From Bacteroidaceae bacterium (GTDB lineage Bacteria; Bacteroidota; Bacteroidia; Bacteroidales; CHK158-818): DNA of 47,073 nt. Under the pieces are notes generated by a model that saw only the letters and a program-made list of their open reading frames with translations, had not been told where the DNA came from and did no database searches. The stretch is taken from contig JAFUKV010000147.1 of NCBI GenBank assembly GCA_017467745.1, positions 1-47,073 on the forward strand, in the 5' to 3' direction. Every line of letters begins with the position of its first letter. Within the stretch, counting starts at the first letter, position 1. This document shows, piece by piece, positions 38,682 to 47,073 of the stretch. A program made the position numbers and the translations under genes.

Positions 38682-39278
38682 TCAAACAAGCTGTTTCAAT
38701 GAAGCCGTCTTAACACGACACAGCGTCTCCGGCGTTATCCCCAGATATGAGGCTATATAAACAGACGGAACACGGCGGATAATATCAGGAAAACTTTTTA
38801 ACAAATTATTATATCTCTCTTGCGCCGACTCGAACAATAATGAAAAAACCCTTTTTTGCGATATGATAAGAGACCCTTCCAGCATCTTGCGCACCAAATG
38901 TTCTATCTCTATATTTCGAGAGCACAACTTTTCTAATGCTTCACGTGGAAACGCGTATAAAACCGTCGGTTCTAACGCTTCTACCATTAAATAACTGGGA
39001 ATTTGTTTAAAATAACTTTCGATAGAAAAAAACATTCCACCTTCATGTGCAAAATATTCTGTTACTTCTTTACCTTCTTTATAATAATAAATTCTTATCA
39101 ATCCATTCTCTACGTAACAAATATGATTGCATACCGCATACTGTTTTAAAAAGAGGTCGTGCTTATTTAGATTAAAACAATCTAAAATCAAAGCCAACTG
39201 CGTTACGCTGCTTTGATTTAAAAATACATCCGATATATTTTCAAGTATTTTATATATAACCTGTTTACGTGTTTCCAT
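38682..39278 (-). CDS. Crp/Fnr family transcriptional regulator
   Basis: About 198 aa with a cNMP-binding-like beta-roll (GLIRIYYYKEGKEVTEYF) and a C-terminal HTH (VYIASYLGITPETLCRVK). I prefer the ATG at 39278 because the track start at 39293 is a TTG. Confidence 0.8.
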   Translation of the reverse strand: METRKQVIYKILENISDVFLNQSSVTQLALILDCFNLNKHDLFLKQYAVCNHICYVENGLIRIYYYKEGKEVTEYFAHEGGMFFSIESYFKQIPSYLMVEALEPTVLYAFPREALEKLCSRNIEIEHLVRKMLEGSLIISQKRVFSLLFESAQERYNNLLKSFPDIIRRVPSVYIASYLGITPETLCRVKTASLKQLV

Positions 39279-39366
39279 GCAAAAAATATCCAATGCAATC
39301 GATATCTGTTCCGAAAATAATCTATTACGCCTTTCCCTTATTTATTTCTTTTGCTCTCTAAGGATG

Positions 39367-40590
39367 TTATTTATTTTTCTTTTTCAAAGGTTTTCCTTCA
39401 AACGAATACCCAAGACTCCAATACAGATACTGCGCTTTACTAAATCGAGAAGCTCGAATACCGAACGTACCGAAAAGATTATCTTTCAAATATCCTTTAA
39501 CACCCATAATCTGATAAAAACGATAATCATATTTATTCCCATGCAATAAATTGTAACCGAAATTAGCGAATATAGATATATGCGGCATAGTTACTTCTCC
39601 TTTCATGGAAAGGCCTATCGAGAATCTATCCCAAACGTCTCCCAGTTCTACACGGTCATAATACAAACCGTCAACAGGATGTTTTTCGCGCCATGCCCGA
39701 GCGCCGGAACTTTCATCATACACAACTTCCATACTGGGGCCCCACCTGTATTTATAACTATTTACAATCATCGGCGCATAGCCCAATCCAAAAACTTTAA
39801 ACTGACGGTCTATATAACGAGAAGGCAATCCTGTACCTGTGGTATCAAACCGTATCTGCCGAGATGTAATATTAAACAACAGATCATGAACGATATGCTT
39901 TTCCATTTCGGGAGGCGTCAAATCTGACGATAATAAAGTAGAAAGTTGCGGGCGATTTATATTATAAACCAATTCCAGATAAGGCGCCACTAAGTTAAGT
40001 CCCTTATTAGGCAAACGATATGCACCGTTAGAAAAATGCGTTAAAGACAATCCCATATTCAAATCAAAGACATCATTCATGCGCCATTTCATATACATAC
40101 TTCCCGCCACGTAAACGTTTACGGAAGAACCTAACGCTACATTATTAGGATTATCGAACGGGTCATAGGATTTCCAATTAAACGACATCCCCAAGTTCCA
40201 CTCATAGTTCAACGACCACTTCGGATTAAAACGCCGTATTGTAGCCCCTTGAAAAAGATAAAGCGCAAAAGGCAATCCCAAATCTTTTTTTCTCAAAAAA
40301 TTACCCGAATAAAAACCCAATCCGTAATAGGGCATTCCATAAGCCTTATCCTGCCATGTATCGCCCTTCGATCCAAAACCGTATTTCAATGAAAACGAGC
40401 TGTAATAAGGTATCTTATTCTTACCGCTCACAAAATCATTCGTCGGGAAAACCCATCCTCCTTTTGCATCTACTGCAATAAACGAAGGCTTTTTGGTTTT
40501 TATTTCATCTCCCGAATCGGCCGCCACTGCCGATTCGGGGTAAAACAACAAACCTGCCAGAAAAGCCCATACAAAAAAAATCCTGTTCAT
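39367..40590 (-). CDS. Outer-membrane acyloxyacyl hydrolase / lipid A deacylase (PagL-like) family protein
   Basis: Signal peptide (FLAGLLFYPESAVAAD) and beta-barrel periodicity. LSLTHFSNGAYRLPNKGLN resembles the PagL His-x-Ser catalytic block (HxSNxG). At 407 aa it is longer than classical PagL. Confidence 0.55.
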   Translation of the reverse strand: MNRIFFVWAFLAGLLFYPESAVAADSGDEIKTKKPSFIAVDAKGGWVFPTNDFVSGKNKIPYYSSFSLKYGFGSKGDTWQDKAYGMPYYGLGFYSGNFLRKKDLGLPFALYLFQGATIRRFNPKWSLNYEWNLGMSFNWKSYDPFDNPNNVALGSSVNVYVAGSMYMKWRMNDVFDLNMGLSLTHFSNGAYRLPNKGLNLVAPYLELVYNINRPQLSTLLSSDLTPPEMEKHIVHDLLFNITSRQIRFDTTGTGLPSRYIDRQFKVFGLGYAPMIVNSYKYRWGPSMEVVYDESSGARAWREKHPVDGLYYDRVELGDVWDRFSIGLSMKGEVTMPHISIFANFGYNLLHGNKYDYRFYQIMGVKGYLKDNLFGTFGIRASRFSKAQYLYWSLGYSFEGKPLKKKNK

Positions 40591-40594
40591 GTCT

Positions 40595-43500
40595 CTACTT
40601 TACCTGCACTTTTTCATCTGCCGTTGTCGCTTTTATCAACGGGTCATACATTGCTTCACAGCTTACGGCCGGCAACATAAACGATCCGGCATAAGCGGCA
40701 TATAAATTCAATTTTATCTCTATACTACTACCCGGCGGCAGCACATCTATATATGAATAAACACAATCGTCCCTGAAATCCTGATAATTTACTCCGGCAA
40801 CATTCTGCTCAACATTATCATTCAAGAAACGTGTATTCAATATCTCCCATCCGGCAGGCATCATTTGCGTAACCACCAGATTCCGAATGGTGCGAACCGA
40901 AGGATTGGAAATCCGGACTATCGCACTAAAATCCGTTCCCTGCGCAATATTTTCAACAGAAACAGGCGAGCCTTTCTTATCTACATAGCGAACAGACATA
41001 TCAATTCCATTAGACATAGCCTTCGTATCGCCCTGCTTTACCATTCCTGTTGTAACAACCCTACCGAATATCACTGATGCGCCATCATTACGAACCTCCA
41101 ACTCCGCCCCTTTCGAAGCCTTATCGGAGAGAATATTCATCCAAACCTTTTTTTGCGTATCGATGCTCTCTCCTTTTTCGCCATAACGGTAAACAAATTT
41201 TAAATCGCCCGATACCGGGTATTTTTGCATATACTTAGACATCGCAATCAAAGAAAATGCCGTTGTCTGGGTGCTCATCCATTCGGAAGAAGAAAGAGCA
41301 TCAGACAATTCCGTAGCCAACACAGCCGCATCCGCAGCATTATCTAACAAGCACAACGTCAACAACTGCATTGCCCGATTACGATAATCGCTGCCAAATG
41401 TCATATCGTCAGTCACAGAAGACTCTACAACTGTCGTGCGCTCTATCAATTGTTTACCCACATCCCGTTTTCCGATATTCGCATAAGCGGCAGCCAGCAC
41501 CCAATAAGTTATCGGCGCATACGAATCCCCTGCCATTAATCTATTCATTGCTCCTATCTCCGGACTTTGCGCCAATGACAGAACATACAATCGATAGGCC
41601 TGAGTCAAGGACTCGTCTTCATGATACAAACCGGTAGCCGGTTTCCATCGTTGCGCCATTTTTACTTGGTTATCCAACCAACTTTTTTTCATAGATGCAG
41701 AAACGGAATATCCGTGTTTCTCCGCTTCGAGCATAAAATGTCCGGCATATACCGATCCCCAGCCGGAAGTACTGCTTTGCCCCGGCCAATAAGCAAACGC
41801 CCCATCGCCGGTTTGATATGAACGTAAACGCTTCAAGACACTCTCTACTTTCGACTGTATTTGCGACAATCTCTCGGCTGACAAATCGCAAAATTCCGAT
41901 AAATACAATTGCGGGAAAGCACCTGAAACAATCTGTTCGAGACAACCGTGCGGGTACGTAGTCAGATACGCTATCCGAGACGACAAATTAACCGGAGGCA
42001 CATTGCTCATTTCCAAAGCTATCTTATTCGTTCCGGGACGTCCGTCCACTTTCAGCGTCTTTTTCCACTCTTTGCCCGCTTCTATTTTAAACGGCTCTAT
42101 CGCTACTTGCTCTCGCATTATCTCCCGTATTTCCAAATCCGTATCATAAGTCGATTTTTCTTGACCGGCACGAGCGGTTATTTTTATCTTGGCAACACCG
42201 GGATTCTCTTTTACCTTGATGCGGAATCTTACGGATTTATCGCTAACCGTTGCAAAATTAAGCGATTTTTCCGATTTTCCCACAATTTGCATATTATCGG
42301 AAACTGTAATAGAAACCGACACATCGCCTATATTGTCTTTGGTAGCAAACACTGTTACAGGAACGTCCAATTCATCTCCCACACCTAATACACGAGGCAG
42401 CGTTCCCAATACCATAATAGGATTACGTACCAACATCGTTTTATCTGTCGAGCCATAGGCCGAGCCATTGCCTGCTACGGCCATAACCCGTACCCTACCA
42501 TTGTAGTTAGGCATCTCGAATGTATGTGTGGCTTTTTCGCCTTTCTTCAAAAGGAACGGGCCGGCAAATTGTACCACCGGTTTAAAACGATTGACAATCG
42601 CTTTGGGGCCGCGCATGAGAGCATCATCTCCCCCTATCGAGAAAAGTTGTTCTATCTTACCTCCATAAGCGCCCAAAACGGCGTTATACATATCCCATGT
42701 ACGGACGCCTAATGCCTCACGGGCATTAAACGCCTTCCACGCATCGGGCGTTTTAAATCGTGTCAAATCAAGCAGTCCCTCATCTACAATAGCCAACGTA
42801 TAAGCCATTTCCCGTCCCGATTTTTCAGAAACGGTTACTTGATAAGATTGCTCGGGTTTTACCTCTTGCGGTAACGACAATTGCGGTTCTAAACGGCTTG
42901 CCGGAGAATTTACCGTAAATGGAACTACTCCATACATACGTATCGGCAAGTCATTTTTCGTAAAGGCGTACGGTTGTATCAAGGTAACATATACATAAGC
43001 ATTGGGAAGCATTTTTTCCGTTACCGGAATTTCCACACGCGTTTCGTTATCTTCACAGACTTTTTCTGTCACCGAGAGCAATTCATTTCCGTTTTCTATA
43101 CAAACAATAGCCCTGCTTCCTTTCGAAGAAGGAATGGTAACAATCATTTTATCTCCGGGCGCATACTCCTCTTTATCGAGCTTAAATCTCAGCATTGTAG
43201 CTTTATCCGCTCCTCCCATATCGCGACGGCCTTTCACACCCGGCCAATCGAAATAGCTCATCACTCCCGTCGAATGTCCTCCGGTCGTAGCATCGACTAC
43301 CGAAATGAAATAAGTGCCCCACTCCTCTTTCGGAATATTCATATCAATAAACCCGGCTCCCGACGAATCAGTAAAAAACATACGTTTTTTTACCGGCTCA
43401 TTATAACTATTCGAAACGAAATTAGCTAAACGGCTATTATCGGCGCTCCACCACCAATACCAATCTACTTTATAGATTTTCGCCTCCAATACTCTACCCG

Positions 43501-46129
43501 GAATAGGCTTTCCATCAGGGGTCAACGCTACTATTTTATATTCATACCGCCGGCCTGTTTCCAACTGTTCTTGTTCTTTTCCGGGAGCCATAATGCCCAC
43601 ATAGCAATTATAAGGCGAATATTTCGCGCGTACAGCGTCAATACTAAAATCGCCTGTCGCCTCATATACTTTGGTTACGAAACTACCCAACAACATACCG
43701 GGAGCCGATTGCCCCACATTTATCGAAGCATTTATCACCGCATTGCCTTCATCATTCGTAACACCTTGTATTAACGAACTTTCTTCACTCGAAAACACTT
43801 TGGACGGATTATCGAATACATAACGTTCATATCCCGGAAACTCGGTTTTGGTAGAAATAAACGTAGCTTGAATATCGTATTTCAAATTACGTGCCACCGC
43901 CCCTTGCAACCATTCGGTATGTAATCTCGCATCTATCGGCTTTCCTTTTTGCAACAATTTATCGGCAAAAGTCAAATCTACTTTCAACCGATTAGGTTTA
44001 ATCGTCTCTATGCGCAACCGCTTAGAAAACTCAGCTCCGCCTACCGAAACTTTTACATTCCAAAGTCCCGTAGGGGCATCCTGTTCCGTCGGCATATCAA
44101 ACGAATATATTCCTAATACTCCCTTAGTGGAAATTTGTTTCAGATATGTCTGTCCCAACGGGTTTATCAACTCCATAACTACCGGATGTTGTGCCGGAAG
44201 AGACGCCTGCTTATCATTCAGCATAAAAGACAAATGCAATGTATCTCCCGGCCGCCAAACGCCTCTATCTCCGTAAATAAAGCCTTTCAATCCTTTCTGC
44301 ACCGCTTCGCCCGACACATCGAAAGAGCTCAACGATAAAGAAGTGGGTACATCTACCCGCAAATATCCTCGTTGTTTTCCTAAGGAGGCAACAAGATAGT
44401 AAGGAGTCTCCTTATCCAAAGAAAAAGCAGCGCGCCCATCATCATCGGTTGTAGCCGACTTTATTTCTTGATTTTGATAATTATACAACGTTACTTTTAC
44501 CCCGCTTTCGGGTGAAGTAGATACCAAGTTATGTACAAAAACATCCATCTTTCCGGTAGTGCCTGCCGCCACCATAATGCCTAAATCGGAAGCCAAGATA
44601 TTTTTTCCTACTACTTTATTCACGTAATAGCTATCCTTACATGGATTTGTTCTTTCGCTATAATTGTAATCTTCCCATCCGGTTTCGCCCGAATAATAAT
44701 AGTAACCGCCTTCGTCAAAACGAGCCAATTCTTCTTCTAATTTCAGCTTATCGCTTGCCCTGATTTCATCCTTCGACAACTCATCCGTACCTGTACACGG
44801 CAAATACGCCAATTCCTTATTAAAAGAGAACTCTATGCGATAAATTGCTCCCGGCTCAGGAGTAATAAGTTTATTAAGATCTAAGGCAAAGGTATTCCAA
44901 CGAGATAAATCGTAATTTCCCAACTCATCTAAAAATATCGTCTGGCGAGATATTAACCGACCGAAACGTATCAGATTATATGATTCTTCAATTTGATTCG
45001 ACTGTAAAAAAGATCCAATATTTTGTTCGAATATTTTAATTACCCGTACCACGACACCCTTCAATCCTATTGCTTGGAAAGGGAGCGTCAAGTGTTCCGA
45101 CTGCGGAATGATTGTTCCGTCCCCTAAAAAACGCACATTCGGGTGATTCTCGTCCGAACTGATATTTTTTTCAAAATATTGTCCTAACAACGTTCCATCG
45201 GCAGATCGAAGAGAACTAAAAACAAAAATGCTCCAATTGCCATATTTCTCACTGGCCAGTTCAGGATATATCCGGATTTTATTAGTACCTTCAAAACTTA
45301 CCCGCGACTTTCTATCTGTCGTTCCGGAGATTCCCTCCAAAGATTGTTTTTTGTCTAATGCTTTGGTAAACGAAATTTCTATAAATCTTTCGGGTTGAGA
45401 CTTATAACGGACATCATAAACCGAAAAATCATTCTTTGCGGGGACATTCACAGAACATAATGTCTGTCCATTCTTTATCCCCATCTTATTAGATCCGGTA
45501 GAAAGGGTTAATGTACGGGATTTTTCGGCAAAAGAGATATTCTTCAATTTCAAGCCATGCCGTTTTCCATCCGCACTGTGATTCCATTCGGTTGTTACTG
45601 GTTGTTCGCTAATCACCACACAACTCTCGACATCCTCAGGCGTCTCCTTATCGGACGTATATACCGTCAAATCGAACGAATATCCTTTTTCATCTATATC
45701 CATGCCGTTTACATCGGCACGCATCGCACCCGGCACGGTTTGAAATGAAAATCGGAACGAACCGGCATCTGGTGTATCTCCGAACCACTTTTCCAAATCG
45801 ACATCCACATCATAGCGTTTATCCCGTTCAAAAGATTCTGCCGGCTTAAATATGATATTACGGTTATTCTCTACACGAAACACGCCTTTTACCTTAGGCG
45901 TTATAAGAACGCTTTTCTCCAACTTGTCCGGAGCCTGTTGCTCTTCCGGTATATCTTGTGTCAGAATGATACGCAGAGGTGCAAAACGGGAAATTTTTCC
46001 GGCTGTATATGCCTCAACATACGGATTTACTTTTATTTCATCTGTTTTCTCCTTTTTCGATGAACATGCGAATGTAATAAAACTGCAAATCACAATCGCC
46101 ATACCCCAATAGCCTCTACGCATTTTCAT
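40595..46129 (-). CDS. Alpha-2-macroglobulin family lipoprotein (YfhM/ECAM type) with intact thioester motif
   Basis: 1844 aa with a lipobox (SFITFACSS). The thioester motif YPHGCLEQ is encoded at 41933-41953. The protein has a long array of Ig-like/MG-type domains, and pbpC is adjacent. Confidence 0.9.
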   Translation of the reverse strand: MKMRRGYWGMAIVICSFITFACSSKKEKTDEIKVNPYVEAYTAGKISRFAPLRIILTQDIPEEQQAPDKLEKSVLITPKVKGVFRVENNRNIIFKPAESFERDKRYDVDVDLEKWFGDTPDAGSFRFSFQTVPGAMRADVNGMDIDEKGYSFDLTVYTSDKETPEDVESCVVISEQPVTTEWNHSADGKRHGLKLKNISFAEKSRTLTLSTGSNKMGIKNGQTLCSVNVPAKNDFSVYDVRYKSQPERFIEISFTKALDKKQSLEGISGTTDRKSRVSFEGTNKIRIYPELASEKYGNWSIFVFSSLRSADGTLLGQYFEKNISSDENHPNVRFLGDGTIIPQSEHLTLPFQAIGLKGVVVRVIKIFEQNIGSFLQSNQIEESYNLIRFGRLISRQTIFLDELGNYDLSRWNTFALDLNKLITPEPGAIYRIEFSFNKELAYLPCTGTDELSKDEIRASDKLKLEEELARFDEGGYYYYSGETGWEDYNYSERTNPCKDSYYVNKVVGKNILASDLGIMVAAGTTGKMDVFVHNLVSTSPESGVKVTLYNYQNQEIKSATTDDDGRAAFSLDKETPYYLVASLGKQRGYLRVDVPTSLSLSSFDVSGEAVQKGLKGFIYGDRGVWRPGDTLHLSFMLNDKQASLPAQHPVVMELINPLGQTYLKQISTKGVLGIYSFDMPTEQDAPTGLWNVKVSVGGAEFSKRLRIETIKPNRLKVDLTFADKLLQKGKPIDARLHTEWLQGAVARNLKYDIQATFISTKTEFPGYERYVFDNPSKVFSSEESSLIQGVTNDEGNAVINASINVGQSAPGMLLGSFVTKVYEATGDFSIDAVRAKYSPYNCYVGIMAPGKEQEQLETGRRYEYKIVALTPDGKPIPGRVLEAKIYKVDWYWWWSADNSRLANFVSNSYNEPVKKRMFFTDSSGAGFIDMNIPKEEWGTYFISVVDATTGGHSTGVMSYFDWPGVKGRRDMGGADKATMLRFKLDKEEYAPGDKMIVTIPSSKGSRAIVCIENGNELLSVTEKVCEDNETRVEIPVTEKMLPNAYVYVTLIQPYAFTKNDLPIRMYGVVPFTVNSPASRLEPQLSLPQEVKPEQSYQVTVSEKSGREMAYTLAIVDEGLLDLTRFKTPDAWKAFNAREALGVRTWDMYNAVLGAYGGKIEQLFSIGGDDALMRGPKAIVNRFKPVVQFAGPFLLKKGEKATHTFEMPNYNGRVRVMAVAGNGSAYGSTDKTMLVRNPIMVLGTLPRVLGVGDELDVPVTVFATKDNIGDVSVSITVSDNMQIVGKSEKSLNFATVSDKSVRFRIKVKENPGVAKIKITARAGQEKSTYDTDLEIREIMREQVAIEPFKIEAGKEWKKTLKVDGRPGTNKIALEMSNVPPVNLSSRIAYLTTYPHGCLEQIVSGAFPQLYLSEFCDLSAERLSQIQSKVESVLKRLRSYQTGDGAFAYWPGQSSTSGWGSVYAGHFMLEAEKHGYSVSASMKKSWLDNQVKMAQRWKPATGLYHEDESLTQAYRLYVLSLAQSPEIGAMNRLMAGDSYAPITYWVLAAAYANIGKRDVGKQLIERTTVVESSVTDDMTFGSDYRNRAMQLLTLCLLDNAADAAVLATELSDALSSSEWMSTQTTAFSLIAMSKYMQKYPVSGDLKFVYRYGEKGESIDTQKKVWMNILSDKASKGAELEVRNDGASVIFGRVVTTGMVKQGDTKAMSNGIDMSVRYVDKKGSPVSVENIAQGTDFSAIVRISNPSVRTIRNLVVTQMMPAGWEILNTRFLNDNVEQNVAGVNYQDFRDDCVYSYIDVLPPGSSIEIKLNLYAAYAGSFMLPAVSCEAMYDPLIKATTADEKVQVK

Positions 46130-46160
46130 ATCTCTTTTTAAAATTTAGTTGGTTCTGAAA

Positions 46161-46168
46161 CAAATATA
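46161..46168 (-). promoter_or_regulatory. Candidate -7 box (TATATTTG) for the alpha-2-macroglobulin operon
   Basis: Plus-strand CAAATATA lies 32-39 nt upstream of the ATG at 46129. Confidence 0.35.
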
Positions 46169-46281
46169 CGATAAAGCATCATTCATAATCATATACCGGT
46201 AATTTTTTCAAAAACATTAACCTTATTATAATTACCCGACTTTATCTAATTCGAATAACAAAAATACGCTATATTTGTGTA

Positions 46282-47073
46282 ATGATAAAAATGAAACACA
46301 TATTAAATACTTTTCGTTTTTCTCAAAAAAGAAAAAATTCCCGTTACAGACGAATCAAACAGATATTTTTTATTTTTAATTCCTTATTGGCAATATGGTT
46401 CCTTTTTTACATTTGTACGCCTAAAAACCTGTTTCCTCAACCGACATCGTCTCTTCTATATAGCGCAGAAAACGAATTATTATGTGCACGCATCGCTCCT
46501 GACGGCCAATGGAGATTTCCGGAAACAGACACGATTTCATCTAAATTTACCGCTTGTATTACAACATACGAGGATAAACGTTTTTTTTATCATCCGGGCA
46601 TCGACTTGCCAGCAATAGCTCGGGCAATGTTCTTAAATATCAAACACCGAAAAATAATGAGCGGAGGCAGCACGCTTACAATGCAAACCGCCCGAATGGC
46701 CAGAGGTAATCGCCCCCGCAATTTATATGAAAAAGCAGTAGAAGCCTTATGGGCAATATCGTTAGAGTGCCGCTTTTCAAAACAAAAAATATTATTGCTC
46801 TATGCCAACCACGCTCCTTTTGGAGGAAACGTTATCGGCATAGAAACTGCTGCGTGGCGTTACTTTGGAAGAGAAGCGTCCAAACTCTCATGGGCGGAAA
46901 ACGCAACTTTGGCCGTGCTACCAAATGCCCCCGCCTTGATACATCCCGGCAGAAACCGAGAAAAACTGCTGCAAAAACGCAATAATCTGCTTCTATCTTT
47001 AAAAAAACGAGGGATTATAGACGAAACAACTTTTGAATTATCTTGTTTAGAACCCCTGCCACAAGCTCCGCAC
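46282..47073 (+). CDS. pbpC: Penicillin-binding protein 1C (GT51 transglycosylase domain), 5' part; continues beyond the right window edge
   Basis: Open frame with no stop to the window end, absent from the track. My translation is MIKMKHILNTFRF...IWFLFYICTP (anchor)...EDKRFFYHPGID...GGSTLTMQTARM...RFSKQKILLLYANHAPFGGNVIG. These are GT51 motifs, and the gene is adjacent to the alpha-2-macroglobulin gene. Confidence 0.85.
   Translation, partial: MIKMKHILNTFRFSQKRKNSRYRRIKQIFFIFNSLLAIWFLFYICTPKNLFPQPTSSLLYSAENELLCARIAPDGQWRFPETDTISSKFTACITTYEDKRFFYHPGIDLPAIARAMFLNIKHRKIMSGGSTLTMQTARMARGNRPRNLYEKAVEALWAISLECRFSKQKILLLYANHAPFGGNVIGIETAAWRYFGREASKLSWAENATLAVLPNAPALIHPGRNREKLLQKRNNLLLSLKKRGIIDETTFELSCLEPLPQAPH

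Noticed and set aside
46270-46277. TATATTTG box just upstream of pbpC as its promoter
   Set aside because: It matches TAnnTTTG but ends only 4 nt before the first ATG (46282). A transcript would then start inside the ORF. It could only work with the second ATG (46291) and a very short leader, which is too uncertain to call.

Overview
AT-rich, gene-dense chromosomal segment with Bacteroidales (Bacteroidota) character: TAnnTTTG-type -7 promoter boxes, SecG/LptE/LptC/GldE-like/PpiD envelope genes and lipoprotein signal peptides. I support about 45 protein genes, mostly on the minus strand, and one tRNA-Ser(UGA). I saw no rRNA, CRISPR array, transposase, integrase or long repeat. Two real ORFs run off the window edges and are missing from the supplied track: a secreted PCMD-like protein at 1-527 (-) and a PBP1C-type transglycosylase at 46282-47073 (+). 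Four modules stand out. (1) The most interesting lies at the window centre, 20207-24942 (-). It is a myo-inositol-phosphate cluster: nucleotidyltransferase, orphan ATP-grasp-like protein, CDP-alcohol phosphatidyltransferase, HAD phosphatase and inositol-3-phosphate synthase, followed by a separately terminated acyltransferase. Its enzyme logic looks like a CDP-inositol route rather than the characterised CDP-DAG/PIP-synthase route, and the ATP-grasp step is unexplained. (2) At 568-7336 (-) a tight cysQ-SLC13-cysC-cysD-cysN-sulfotransferase operon forms a PAPS factory coupled to a sulfotransferase. Its CysN carries a degenerate APS-kinase-like C-terminal domain. (3) At 39367-47073 a thioester-containing lipoprotein alpha-2-macroglobulin is followed after 4 nt by a PagL-like acyloxyacyl hydrolase and is divergent from pbpC. 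Downstream sit a Crp/Fnr regulator and a perfect TTGAT-N4-ATCAA palindrome in front of an esterase gene. (4) The rest is housekeeping and envelope genes: mdh, trx, split chrA, nuclease, pepT, gcvT, miaA, secG-lptE-sigma54 activator, pdxA, rlmN, ppiD, gldE-like, lptC, coaX. All family assignments come from motif reading and memory, because no searches could be run.
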